Positions 47,936 to 61,499 of a DNA stretch of 64,000 nucleotides are shown piece after piece. The position numbers were made by a program, and so were the translations under genes. Position 1 is the first letter of the stretch, and each line of letters starts with the position of its first letter. The DNA lies in assembly GCA_030265395.1 (NCBI GenBank), contig JARFYF010000050.1, forward strand, positions 20,032,802 through 20,096,801. Direction: 5' to 3'. The notes beneath the pieces are model-generated. The model was not told the DNA's origin, searched no databases, and was given only the letters and a program-made list of their open reading frames with translations. This stretch comes from Rhina ancylostomus (taxonomy: Eukaryota).

Positions 47936-50429
47936 CAAGGAAAAAAGCCACATGGTTCAAGTCACCCAATGTACTGCCTTCAGCACTCACCTATTCACAG
48001 CATGCATGAATATTTCTAACCAACTGTTCTCCATCTGTGGCAGCTTCAGAGGCCGGAGTCACAGACAGGTACAAAGGAAAGTGGAAGGCAGCCTTATTGA
48101 CTGGAACAGCGGAGGTGCTTCAGGTNNNNNNNNNNNNNNNNNNNNNNNNNNNNNNNNNNNNNNNNNNNNNNNNNNNNNNNNNNNNNNNNNNNNNNNNNNN
48201 NNNNNNNNNNNNNNNNNNNNNNNNNNNNNNNNNNNNNNNNNNNNNNNNNNNNNNNNNNNNNNNNCTTCTTCAAACTCAAGTTTGCAGTAAAGACGAGAGA
48301 TATACAGTATGCTTTGGTTCAAGGGGAATGGTAAGTTGAACAGGTCTGTTCCAATTCTACAGTATGAAATTGTGAACTAGACATTTTGTTCTCTTCCCAA
48401 CTTGGTGCTTTAAAAGTAAATGGACTCAAACTGCATTATATTGGTTTATGAATCCCACTTTTTTGAGTAATAGACAAAATATAGACAGGAAAAGGAGTAA
48501 AGTTTGAAGTCTTTTTTTTCCCTCACTAGAGAAATAGACTAAATATTCCACTCTTTTATAACGTCTCTCATCTGTCACTACGCTGTCATACTCTATTCAC
48601 TTAGCTATTTTTCTCCAAGATAATATTCCAGTAAAGAACATTGCAGCATTGCTCCTTGCCTCAGTTAATAAGTAGACTGCCATATGATTATAATGTCCAC
48701 GCTACCAAGGTACTGATTTCCCAGTTGACAATGCATTTCCATGGGGTCCGATAGCCCCCAGAGTGGTCTCTCAGATGCAGACAAATAATCAGAACATATA
48801 TTTGTTTCAGTAAGTGAAAAGCAATCAGAAAAAGTGTGCTCAGACCATTATTTTGTTAAATTGTGAGTATCTCAACAAATAAGAATTGTCCACTTAAATG
48901 TTCCTTGCCCTTTCATGTAATTTTTAAAAAAACAGCTTTCCACTGGAAGCATCTTTTTTCCTTCTGTCCTTTGTTTTTGATCACTTAAAATATTTCTGGT
49001 GAAACTTTAGAAGGTCACAGCTGGTTTTTTTTTGAGTGCCTTTACTTAAAAGGACCTTATTGAGGCTTTGGAAACGTTAAGATTACATGCATCGTAAAAG
49101 CTGGAGACTGCAAGCTGACAGATTCTGGNNNNNNNNNNTCACTTTGGTATCCATCTAACTTGTATTTACGGAAGTAATTCCACTGCATTCAAGTCACATA
49201 TTAAAAAGGGTTTAAACAAGCCTTGAACCTTAACCCACTGGAATATTTGCCACGTCTTCCACATAACATTTCTAATAATGGTAGAGTAAGTTAAAGGCAA
49301 GTGGTGTAATCCACAATGTGCACTAAAAGGTGAAAAAACAATGTTACAATAAGAAATGCTGAAATTCAATATTGAATGCTATTTAGTGGTATTTAATTTA
49401 AAAGATAAACACTGAGTCAGGTGATAAGTTTTTAATACACAATACATCAGAACCATTGATTTAATGTAATGGAATAAGTGGGATTGTGTGTTAGAACCAA
49501 ATCTTGCAGGACTGAGTGATGGTTTCAGGGATGAAATANNNNNNNNNNTTGACATTCATATTTTGAAGAAAATTATTCGTGGTCATAATTATGATTGCAT
49601 TTTTTCTTGCTACTTATTCATGCCTTTTTCTGAAAATTAAATTGCCATTCCTAAAAATTCTCCTGCACTTGTTTCTGTGTACTGTGCAATATAACTTTAC
49701 CTGAGTGTGTCACTTCTATGATTTCTAACCATGTCCTCTGTGCATAAGATGCAAACAGACATTGAGACCACTGTGAATATGCATGATGTTAATAAGTGTA
49801 CTACATAATACTGACATCATTCATATGATCTCTTCTTGTACCATGCATTCTGATTATCTGACATTGTAGACCTCGTCTAGGGCAGTGGATCTTAACTGGA
49901 GGTTTAAGGTCTGCCCCTGTGATAGTTAAAGGTCTCATCTTAATCCCCCCCATTCCTGATCAATGTCCTCCATAGTCCTTTGCGCCTCTTTCATGCCCTT
50001 CATCGATCTTCTCCTTGATAACCCTATCCTTCTATCTGATGACCTAATTTTCTTCAACCTCCTCCTTGGATTCTTCCTCACAATCCTTCAATTTCTTTAC
50101 CATGCCATGATCAGTACCAATTTTTCTCCATTTGGGACCCCTCACCACCAATTCCCTCAAACCCAACAGTCTTTGGTTTTCACTCTGGTTCCAAAGTCTC
50201 CTGCCTATTCCAATTTTCACCCCCTCATCTCAACCACAATCCTCTCTCTGTATCATCTGCCCCAACCTTTGCAATTCTCTCCACCCATGACTGTCACCTG
50301 ACCCCCCCCCCTCCACAGCACCTTATCCCTACTGATCCTTTCCGTCCCACCAATCTGTTCAACACCAATCTCATCTGATCACCCTCCACCATGGATAACT
50401 GAGGAAATCTGCACTCTGGTGAAATCTGC

Positions 50430-50900
50430 TTTGAAGAAATCCATGGCTCAAGAATTAAGGAAGATGATTCTATTGTGAATTGGTAAGGAGAGATTATTTT
50501 CATTCACTGAAGTTTAGAAGATTGAGGGATAATCTAGTCAAAGATTACTACATGATAAAAGATTGTGAATGCGGCTGAGACAGAGAAACTACTTTCTGTG
50601 TAAAAGAACCTAGAACAGATGGTATAATCTTAAAAATGACAGCAAAGTCATTTAAGAATGAAATCAGGAACCACTTTGTCAGTCAAAGGATAATGGAAAT
50701 CTGGAACTGTTTTCCTAAAAGTCTAAGGATGCTGGATGAGTTGGAATTTAAGACCAAGACTGATATATTTTTGTCAGATAACTGTATCAAGAGATATGGA
50801 TAAAAGGAATATATCTTCCAAAAGGAGGACAAATAGCACTGAAATACAGTCAGCCCTGAATTAGGGAATTCAGGGCTGACTATTTCAATGCTATTTTCAG
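50430..50900 (+). mobile_element. Old CR1 3' fragment
   Basis: gtttagaagattgagggataatcta...gaacctagaacagatggtataatcttaaa...gaaatcaggaaccacttt...caaaggataatggaaatctggaact. Confidence 0.8.
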
Positions 50901-51454
50901 GCCTTCTGCCCCTTTTTTCAGAAGTTTGCAATAGAAATACTAAGTCAACAGGAAAGAACATTCCCTTAATAATCAGAATAACAAGACCAGAAATCTTCTG
51001 ATTGTATTGCTTTAGCATTTTTTGATTTATTGCCAATTGGAATTGTGTCATAAATGGCCTATAGTTGTTTTGCTGAAAAATAATGTTACAGTATTAAAAT
51101 TCCAAAAATAATATCATCCATCAGTTAGTGTAATAGAATGGAGAAAAAAATTAATCACACTGTTATTTTAAAATTGCAACTGTTGTCAAAACATTAATAT
51201 CTTTGTGTATGCACTTCAATTGATACTCATGTAAGGTCAAGGCAGTCACAATGAGCCAGACTGTGTACAGTGGACAAATCAGCACATTCTTTGCCAGCAT
51301 TCAGCAACTCTCAATTAAAACTGCACTCTTTACATGGGTTTAACCAAATTCAGATTTATCCATGCTTAATGGTTATGATCTTGCCGGAAAAACATGAAAG
51401 AATTATTATTATATTATGATTGTGCTTAATTGCTCATGCCATTGCCTGAGTCTT

Positions 51455-51600
51455 ACTTGGGCAGGTACATGGATTGGAAAGGTTGAGGATTTTGGGCCAA
51501 AGGCTAGCAAATGGGACGTGCTTGGATGGACCATCTTGGTCAGCATGGACCAGTTGGGCCAAAGGAACTGTTTCTGTGTTGTATATCTCTATGACTCTAG
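51455..51600 (+). mobile_element. CR1 3' UTR stub
   Basis: caggtacatggattggaaagg...ggtcagcatggaccagttgggccaaagg..ctgtttctgtgttgtatatctctatgactcta. Confidence 0.88.
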
Positions 51601-52066
51601 AGTCACCTCATCAGGAAATGCAATGCTACAAATTTCATGGATCTGCACTAGATATTCTCTCAGCTCAGAATCAATGCTCATTCCCATTAGATGTTAGGAC
51701 AAGAAGCCAAGTTTTGTTGACTGATATCTGAGTTAATGACAGTGCTATTCCAGAATTATAATATTGGTTGTCATCCTGTGTCGAGTGGTTCGAATGATCT
51801 TGCAACCAGATGTGTGGTCCTGCCTCTGAGGAAGGCAGACTGAAAAGTCCTCTGGTGGTATGAAAGGTAATTATACAGACNNNNNNNNNNNNNNNNNNNN
51901 NNNNNNNNNNNNNNNNNNNNNNNNNNNNNNNNNNNNNNNNNNNNNNNNNNNNNNNNNNNNNNNNNNNNNNNNNNNNNNNNTACAGACCCCTCTCAACTGT
52001 ATTAGAGATTGGCCTACAAAAATACTTAAAAGTTTTGACATGAATGAAATATCATCTCCATTGACG

Positions 52067-52085
52067 TGTGCCATCAGATGGCACA
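52067..52085. promoter_or_regulatory. Palindromic CTCF-like site
   Basis: TGTGCCATC-A-GATGGCACA; CCATCAGATGGCAC fits CCASYAGRKGGCRS with one mismatch. Confidence 0.4.
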
Positions 52086-53544
52086 ATGCTCATGCTATCA
52101 AATCTAAAGCAAACCATTGATAAACAGAATGGTCTCAAGTCTAGTGTAAGCTGTAAAAGTAAGAATAGGGTTTGATTGTCAGTCTCCCTGGTCCAACCTG
52201 GAGCCATATTAAATGTTATGGTATCAATGTGAATTAATCCTTCTACAACCTTTGCAAGTTTCAACATGCTTACATTTCACATTTATATATTCCTATAATT
52301 TAGTCAATCATCAGTACATTTCCATCAACTTTAGCCATTTCTGGAAATAAAATTCAATGTTTCCAGAAAACCAGTAGGCCTAAATAGTTTGGTGCATGAC
52401 AGATATGAATATTTTGCAGCTGGAAAGAAAATGCTCGAACTGCACAGCAGGTCAGGCAAATTCTGCAGCAGGTGATACAAAAGTTTCAGAATGAGCACCA
52501 TCCTGAGGTGAGTGGTGATACATAAGAACTTCATGCAGTGGGCCAAATCTAGCATAATCCAGAACACTGACTCTTTCCATCAACACAAGTGTCGCCTGAT
52601 CTCTTGTTTCCAGCAGTTCCTATCTCTGTTACAAAATAGTAAAGTTAACTCAGAACCAAATCGCCTGACCTTGCAGAAGACGCATGGCCAATAGATCATG
52701 CTTACATTTTGGTTCATATTGAGTGCAGCTTTTTGGGAGATGGCTTTAACAATCAAATCTTCAAGCATAGCTGTTTAGTAGAATATCTCAAATATGTGAC
52801 TTTTTTCCAAATCCCCTCTAAACATATGTTACAATCCTTCAAAACATTTCCGTTAGCTTATATGAATAAATTTATACTGAGAACTTGAAAACAAATAGAT
52901 GTTCCGACCATTTAAACTATGCTGGAAAATATAACATTTTCACTTTGAAATCATAAATTGTTTTGTTTATTACCCACATTACATGCAGTAAACAGCTTTG
53001 CAAAGTAATGTTCAAATATGTTTTTGCAGAAAATTACATCAGATAAAGTTAAATGTTTCATGCTTTACCATAAACTGAAATCAAAGTGAACAATTTATGC
53101 TCAGTCCTAGAAAATAAGTGTATGTTTTCCCTACCAATGGCAACTATAGAGCAACATTCAAGAAATTTACTTTTATGCATGAAGTTTAAACAGGCAAGGC
53201 AAAATAATACCAACAAAGTGGCAGACAGGTAATTCATAAGGAAATATGATTTAAGAAAGTGAGAAATTGAAAACTGACTCCATAATCTCTGGACCACATG
53301 TGGTGTGGCATTGCATGCCAAATTCAAGGATGTACTTTACAAATAAGTATGACTGGTTTTGCAAATCAATGTTCATGATATTGAAATGTGTGATCCCTTC
53401 TAAAAACCATTCAAACACATGACAAGATGGGCAAAAACAGCAAAGATGAAATTAAAATATGGTTTGCATAACCTAGAAAATAGCCATGAAGGTGGGGAGC
53501 AAAATATAAAATTAGAAAACCAAAATAAATAATGACCTGGACAT

Positions 53545-53675
53545 GGAGACATGAGAGATGACAAACACTGAACTCCAGAGCAAGAGAGTTGCTGGAGGAA
53601 CTCAGTGGGTCAGGCAGCATCTGTGAAGCGAAATGGACAGTTGAGGTTTCAGGTCAAGACCCTTCCTCTGGACTA
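53545..53675. mobile_element. Penelope-type terminal repeat (solo), ending at an eroded hammerhead motif
   Basis: gctggaggaactcagtgggtcaggcagcatctgtg...gtttcaggtcaagacccttcctctggact. Confidence 0.8.
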
Positions 53676-56042
53676 GATATTCTGGATAGTGACACAGGAT
53701 TCCTGAACTTCCCCACAGTGGTCACTACTATCATTACAATGACACTCTAATGAGTGCAAGCTACTTATGGGATCCCAGCAGTTATGCTGGAAAAATTGCC
53801 TGCTGAATGTCTATTAGGCTTAGGGACACAGCTCACTTCTATGGAGAAGAACAGCCAAGAAGAAATGACATTCATAATCATTCAAGAAATTTAACAGCCA
53901 GATCAGCTTAGGGCATGGCTTAACCAGCTGCAAAATATTCCTGTGGGAATGATGATTGGAAGGGTTCTCCTGATCAGGTTGTACCAGCTTCAATGACTAA
54001 GTAGCCACAAGAAAATCCATTCAAGTAAGAGTGAGCATGGTGGGGAGGGTAGGTATCCTGCAGGATACTCCAAGATAATATATTATTCTGTAGCTAAGGG
54101 AGTACCACTCAGGATGGACCATGGCATTAGCATTGGGTCTGTTATAGCCCCGGGTGGGCAGCAGGTGGATGGCAGATGGTGTTGTCGGCACGAGGGCCCA
54201 GACATTTCAAGGAGCTCATTTATACTTGATCAGTGAACTGGGAATGCTGAGCTGGCACTCATACGGAGACTGCCAGCTCCTCCTCCTCCGGCTCTTGCAG
54301 ACAGAAACATCAGAAGCTGATTCTGTTGTGGAGTAGCCTGGAGCAGTAGCTTCTAGGACCAACTTATTCGCTCACTTGGTCCAAAAATGTATGTAGAAGC
54401 AAATAATAGTTGGCAAACATGATAGTATAAATGCCTTTTGTGTATTTAAATGAGGGATTTTTACTCGTTGCAAGGAATCTTCTGAGTTTGCACAATTTTT
54501 TTTCTAAATAGTGACCTTATTGTTTTTTGGAACTTACAGCTTGCAACAATAAAAGGTGGCTGCAATTCAATGCAACCAATTTATCTGTCTTTAGTTTATT
54601 AGTTAGGAATATGTGAAAGCCTTGGGGCAACATTAGCAACACATTATGACAATACATGTCAAAATGATTTATTAAATGATACTGCAATGGAAGAGCATTA
54701 AAAGTTGAATGCAATTGATTCCACTGTGCAAATAAAGAAACACAACACAAAAATATATTCATATTGTAATCAGCATCTACTGTTATTCATATGATTAATC
54801 TCATCTAAATGACTCTTTATATGGGGTCCATTGGGATTGATTTTACTGGCACACAATCCTCTGAAAAGACGATTACAATGCATTAACACAAATACAAGCT
54901 GCAGACAGCTGTAGCTCCATTATAGTCTCTAACTCAAAAAATGCCTGATTACTCAATTGGTCTGGGTCCAGATTCTTTCAATTCTTTGACAACAAAAGTA
55001 ACATTTCAGAGGCCAATACAAAAAAATGAAGATCATAATGCCTATGCAAATATTGCCTCAAACTAAAACATATATTGTAACTCTTGACATTTTCTTAATT
55101 TTTCTTTACAATTTGCATCCTAAGTTTACCGTGCCATGATCAATTTTGTATGTTATTTTCCAGCAGTTTGTATTGAGAAATTGTTTCTGTTGACAAGGTT
55201 ATTGGTGATCAGAGTAAGGCAACCAGCAAAAGAACAAAAGGATAGAGAAGTTTCCTTAGAAATAAAACCCCATGGCAAATTTTGAGGATCTGCAATGCAC
55301 TGTCTGAAAAAGGAGTGAGAGAAAAAGTTGGTGGACACTGATTCAATTATAACTTTCAAAACCAGATGTATACTTGAAAAGGCCAGAACCAATCGGTGCT
55401 ATGGGTTACAAAGAGGAAAGTTTGATAGGTCAAATGGTCTTCAATGTTAAAAACCCAGTTCATATTTTGCTAACACTGGAAATGAAAAGTTCAAAATAAT
55501 ACATTTCTTTGATTCAAAACACAGAAACAGTAGAGTTCCAAATAAATATCAGTTTCATAAATAGTTTCACCCAGAGAGATGATGGGTAGATAAAAGCTCT
55601 GAACAATATTTTTCTGAGGCAGGTAAAACTGTACTAGCCCTTGTAGTGATGGAAGGAGATGAGGGCAGTACTTTTGTTATTGTTTTACTTATCTGCCCAA
55701 GAGTGGATACTGGAGAAGTAGAGGTGCCATTTCTAAAGGTCAGATAATTATAGTATCAAATATTCAAGAACAAAAAAGGACTGTTGAAAATTCTGGAGCA
55801 AGACATTAGAGGCAGGATTGTGCTGGCTTGATCTCCCGCCTGGCGTTGACTCCAAAGTTCCACCCATGCCTACACTTACGAGATCCGGATGCAGAGGTTT
55901 ACGTTGCTGGTCCTCCACACCCAGTTGTCCAGCAATGTGACCTGGGAAGCAGGAAGACCCCAGATATTGCAGTGAAGAAGCCCCATGACTCCAATCCACC
56001 CTGACATCTTTTGCCTTGGGTCCCACAGCAAGTCTGACCAAG

Positions 56043-56105
56043 TGGAATTGGAATTGGTTCATTTTTGTCACCTGTACCAAGGTACAGTAAAAAAAACTTG
56101 TCTTC
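56043..56105 (-). mobile_element. 3' tail of a Rex1/Babar-type LINE running into a gap
   Basis: tggaattggaattggttcatttttgtcacctgtaccaaggtacagt = reverse of ...actgtaccttggtacaggtgacaaaaatgaa followed by a short tandem tail. Family assignment is from memory. Confidence 0.5.
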
Positions 56106-57311
56106 NNNNNNNNNNNNNNNNNNNNNNNNNNNNNNNNNNNNNNNNNNNNNNNNNNNNNNNNNNNNNNNNNNNNNNNNNNNNNNNNNNNNNNNNNNNNNNN
56201 NNNNNNNNNNNNNNNNNNNNNNNNNNNNNNNNNNNNNNNNNNNNNNNNNNNNNNNNNNNNNNNNNNNNNNNNNNNNNNNNNNNNNNNNNNNNNNNNNNNN
56301 NNNNNNNNNNNNNNNNNNNNNNNNNNNNNNNNNNNNNNNNNNNNNNNNNNNNNNNNNNNNNNNNNNNNNNNNNNNNNNNNNNNNNNNNNNNNNNNNNNNN
56401 NNNNNNNNNNNNNNNNNNNNNNNNNNNNNNNNNNNNNNNNNNNNNNNNNNNNNNNNNNNNNNNNNNNNNNNNNNNNNNNNNNNNNNNNNNNNNNNNNNNN
56501 NNNNNNNNNNNNNNNNNNNNNNNNNNNNNNNNNNNNNNNNNNNNNNNNNNNNNNNNNNNNNNNNNNNNNNNNNNNNNNNNNNNNNNNNNNNNNNAATTTG
56601 CTGAGGATCAACAGGGACATGCCAAATTTCTTTAGTGCAGGATCCCAGAAACAACTTGTAAAGTTGCTTTACCGGTGTAAAGCAAAGCAATCCCAGCAAG
56701 ACTGGCCATTGCTACTAGAGTCCTCATTTAGTCCCTTGTAGTTGGTGATGTAGATCAGTTTCAATGAATGAACAGCAGCAATTCTGACTGGAACTACCAG
56801 CAATGGTTATCTTGACCCAGTTCCCCATTTCCTGCCAGGGGACAAGCCATAAACAAGGACCCTGATTTGGCAAATGTTTTTCACAGATCTCAAGACTAGG
56901 AAGTGATCTTTTGCTATGATGTCACCTATAGTTAAATGATTGACTGACGTAACTATATTTATGATGCATTAAAAAAAAGCAGTTGAGTTGAACTATATTT
57001 TGCATTGCAAAGAAACGTGGCTCAAGTTCTTGCTGCAATTTTCATATGTGGCATACGTCAAACATGGAGTGGGTGCAGAGTGCACTTCACCAGTCTAATG
57101 GAGTCAGCAGGTAGCCTGATGAATTTTTATGACAGCACACAATTTAAATTCAGTTGCCATGTTTTCACTAACAATCATAAATCTAACACCCAAATTAGGA
57201 ATAGAGATATCTAATGGGATTCAAGTACTTCAAGGAAGAACCAGTCATCCAGAATGGTGCACAAGAACATTCTGCGGCAGTGGTAATTCTGAGTTGTGCA
57301 TTTTTGTTTTC

Positions 57312-57575
57312 TATTTATTCATTTATCAGGATGTGGGTGTCAATACTTTTATTGCTCATCCCCAATTGTCCTTGAGAAGGCAGTGGTGAGCCACATTCAT
57401 GAATCACTGCAGTCCTTCCACTGAAGGTACTCCCACAATGCTGCTGTAGTGTTCCAACATTTAGATCGCATGACTATGAAGGAACAATAATATTNNNNCC
57501 AGCCAGGACTGTGTGGCTTCATAGGTAAAGCTGAGGTGCTGGTATTCCTGTATGTCTTTTGCCCTTGTCCTTCAC
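57312..57575 (-). mobile_element. Old CR1-type LINE 3' end (same family as 4172)
   Basis: tttattgctcatccccaattgtccttgagaaggcagtggtgagcc...ctgcagtcc...gaaggaaca...gcccttgtcctt. Confidence 0.8.
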
Positions 57576-58009
57576 AGTCAGGGGTTTGACACTTGTGGTG
57601 GGGGCTCACTGACTCAGGAGGAGATTCTCTTGCTCTCTGATGGTCTCAGGATGCCAAAACATTTTTTTCTTCGTATCAATAGAGAGAAGAGGTAGAAGAT
57701 GCAACTGTGTAAACATTATCGCCAGAATGTAATCATAGCCCAATTTAGGTTAATTAGTGGAATACTACTTCCAAACTGAAAGACACCTTTACATTTTGCA
57801 GTCTCTGCCATAGTCTCAACATTAGTGGTAGCAATCACCTTTGTGTCTCTTCAGAATGGAACATTTTGTTCAAGTGTTTTCTACCTGTATTCACATTCTC
57901 AGAATCTGCTCTTGCCTCGTAACTACTTGCTTTGGGCTGCAGCTCCTAACCTTCCTGTTGTCATTAAACAGTGGAAAGATGTTTCGTGCATCTTGGAAAC
58001 ACTTTGTGG

Positions 58010-58760
58010 AATCATAGAAACATACAGCATAGAAATGGCCCCTTCAGTCCAGCTCGTCCATGACAGCAAATATGCTGGGCTGCCTTAATCCCATTTGCCT
58101 GCATTAAGCCCATATCCCTCCATGCCTTTCCTATCCAAGCACTTGTCCAAATGCCTTTTAAATGCTGTAATTGCATCTGCCTGCAACTCCTCTGACAACT
58201 TGTTTCAGTTACTCCCACCCTCAGATCTCCTTTAAGTTTCTCTCCTCTCACCATAAACCTGTACCCCTTAGCTCTGCCTAGCTATTCTATCTAAATCTCT
58301 CATAATTTTATAAACCTCTACCAGGTCACCCCTCAACATCCTACATTCCAGTGAGAATAAAGCCAGCTATCCACTGTCTCCTTATAATACAGCCCTCCAT
58401 TCTGGGAATGATCCTGGTGAATCTTTTCTGCACACTCTCTGTTGTTACCATGTCCTTCCTGTAATGTGGTGACCAAAACAGTACACAATACTCTTAAGTG
58501 ATTCTAACCAATGTCTTGCACAACTGCAACATGATGTCCCAACTCTTATACTCAATGTCTCAGTCTACAAAGGCAAACAGACAAAGTGCCTTCTTTACTA
58601 CCCTATCCACCTGTGTCACTACTTTTAGGGAGCTATGAACTTGAACCCCAAGGTCTCTCTGTTTATCAACACTCCTCAGATTCCTACCATTTACTCTATA
58701 TGTCCTACCAGAATTTGACCTCCCAAAGTTCATTATCTTACACTTGTCTGGATTAAATTC
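58010..58760 (-). mobile_element. CR1 LINE 3' fragment
   Basis: FNPDKCKIMNFGRSNSGRTYRVNGRNLRSVDKQRDLGVQVHSSLKVVTQVDRVVKKA (CR1 RT C-terminal region), plus 3' end atcatagaaacatacagc. Confidence 0.95.
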
Positions 58761-61499
58761 CTGGAAAAATTGTTCAACAGGACACAGCCTAACTTCTACT
58801 CTTCTGATATGACAAAATAGCAACCGACAGAAGATAGAGTAGAGGAAAAGGAGGAAAAAGACCACCCTCTAATACAAATCTTCAACCCCACAGGCAGGGA
58901 GAGGGTCTGTAACATGGGGAACAGTGAGGGCAGATATCACATACTGCAACATGTTTGGGCTGATCACTTCCTTCTCCAGGTCCTCAGCATGATGATTGGA
59001 TGGTGCACTGCCCTGCCACACATCTGCTCTTGTTTGTCATCCATATTGCAAACATCCCCTATCCCTCTCCTCCTTTTCAAGATCCACCATTGAGCATTGC
59101 AGAAACACAGATGAGAAGAGCCTAATAAATGCAATGTTACCATATTGGATCTTCGTTTGCCAAGTAATCAACACAGGAATGTGCAGAATGGTCCCACACA
59201 TTATGAAGCATATATTGTCTTTCCAAGGAGTATATCATTGATTTATCAGATCCATAACTGGCATGAAGTTACAAACAGAAACGAGAATTTTATTCTTCAG
59301 AATTTGAAAGATAAAAGAGGGGATCAGATGCAAGATGCAATTTATTACCAGGAACTGATAGGGTAGATGGAACAAAACTATTTTTACTCATTGAGGACGA
59401 CATGGGGAAATCAGAGGTTGCATGGTGGGTTGGCCTTATTAATAACCTACATACTGTATATGGAAGTGTAATTATGCAACGATGTCAACAAACAACAACA
59501 AGACCATAACAACTAAGACAATTGATTTCTATCAGCTTATTATTAAGAGCAGTTTCTGGAGAAGTTACAACTTGTGGTGCAAAGTCTGCAGTATGTGCTT
59601 ACCATAAACCCTATTGGACTGCTGGAAAATAGATTATAACACTTGGCAAGGACTGAAGTAATTTTAGATCATAAAATGATTAGAATTGGTTGATTCTAAA
59701 CGGTTGCAGAAATTCACTGCAAATAACTTTCCAGATATCAGGGAAACATTCCAAAGGGACAACAATCCTTGAGACTCATTATCAGAACTGGTTGACAAGT
59801 TGAAAAAGTAATGACATCCGAATTTCAAGAAAATTTTCAAGACAATAGCATGTGATATTACATAAAGAAGACGATAAAACTGTTGTGAGTCTGCAAAATA
59901 AACATAAAGATAAAGTTGAGCTTACTGTTCTTGTTTGCCACAGATGGAGAATCTGTGTGAGAATTTGATCAATGAGTAGAGAGTGAATGTGGAGAGTGAG
60001 CAAGAGAACCAACTTCAGTAAGGCAGCGTAGGAGTTGATGAGTTGTCACACACTTCAACTTCTTCGCTTTAGGAAAATGAGAAGGGCAACTTTTGTGGAG
60101 TTTACCATTTCATATAGAATAATTCAGTGGTCATCAGGGTAGTGTAAATTTCAGGATGTCGTTTCACACAGATTAATTCAGAGCACTGAATTAGCATTTT
60201 CTGACTTTGAAGCATTAGCACACTTCTACTGTCAATTTCACAGAAACCTGCGCACCGAGCACCAAATTTGCTTATATTACATTTTGCCGCAGTTAATGTA
60301 GGCATCCAATCTCATTCAACATGGAATGATGCAAATTGAATCACCCCCTTCACCTTTACAAAACTAGTCTAGCCCGGTTTCTGCTGGTGATAATAAAAGA
60401 GCATCGAAAACAACTCATAAAAACACAAGCAGAAGACCAGCCTTGGATCACAAATTAATAAGTGTGCAATCATTTGCAGGTGCAAAGCATATGTTGAATT
60501 ATATGTGTCTATCATACAGCTGTAGCATCAACAGCTATTACAGTGATGACAATATTTAATAGTAAGATAGACCTAATAACATTAACACTGTAAAAAGCCT
60601 ATATTTTTATACGTTTTCAATCGAAGAAGAAAATAGTATGTTTACTAACAGATTGAAAATATAATAAGCTCAAAGTCATTTCAATCTATTGTTGTTTTAA
60701 ACAATTTTTTGTCTAGAATGACAATATGAAATGTAAAATCCAGACATTTCTCTCTCTCCTCACTTCCTCTCCAAAATGTTCTTTCTGGTCCAAAAGTAAC
60801 GGGTGTTTCCTCGCACATTTTATATGAAGACTCTAACCTAGAAATTAGACCATGATAGACTGTAACCAACACTCATTCCTGAATGTTAGGTCCAAGGCAC
60901 TCGTGATGGAGTTGGGCCCCATGATCGTTGACCTGAACAACAGCCAACACCTTATTAGGAATCCCGGACGGATTAAAAGACAAACAGACGTGAGGAGTGA
61001 GTCACTTCAGTACAATATTTTCTGATATTTATTTCCATCAAATGATCGTTTGATAGTCCCTGCATTTAGTTCCTAACCCTTTTGCTTTCTTTATAGTCGT
61101 TATGTAAAATCAATTATTTACAAACCATAAAGTATGGAAATGTAGTTAATTTAACTGCTTTTCACTAGTTCCCTTTCTCTTTTTGTTAATGCAAAAGGGT
61201 AGTTGTCTCATTGGTAGTTTTGATACAAGTTCCCATTCAAACAGTATACCTTTTCATTTTCAGCTGCTGAGGGGTATATTGTGCATTTCCACTACTTATC
61301 ATTTTGTACCAACAATGAAAGAAGAGATTTATAACAGTCAAAGCAACCACTGTACGTGGAGCTATCTAAGCGTACTGTCTCTACAGAGTCAAATCTGCCA
61401 ACGAAGCTTCAGAAGGAGTATGGAATAAAACTGAAGCATCATACATGAAGGCATTAGGTCATCCAGCATTCTTTCAGATCTCATAAATCTGCAGGGAGC

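Noticed and set aside
49940-50390. 112-aa hydrophobic ORF in a C/T-rich tract
   Set aside because: Low-complexity pyrimidine sequence is depleted of stop codons; no family signal. The same applies to 7700-7860 and 8260-8390.
60880-60990. Exon-like open frame SKALVMELGPMIVDLNNSQHLIRNPGRIKRQTD
   Set aside because: Weak acceptor without a pyrimidine tract and no recognisable protein; kept only as part of the regulatory-looking block.
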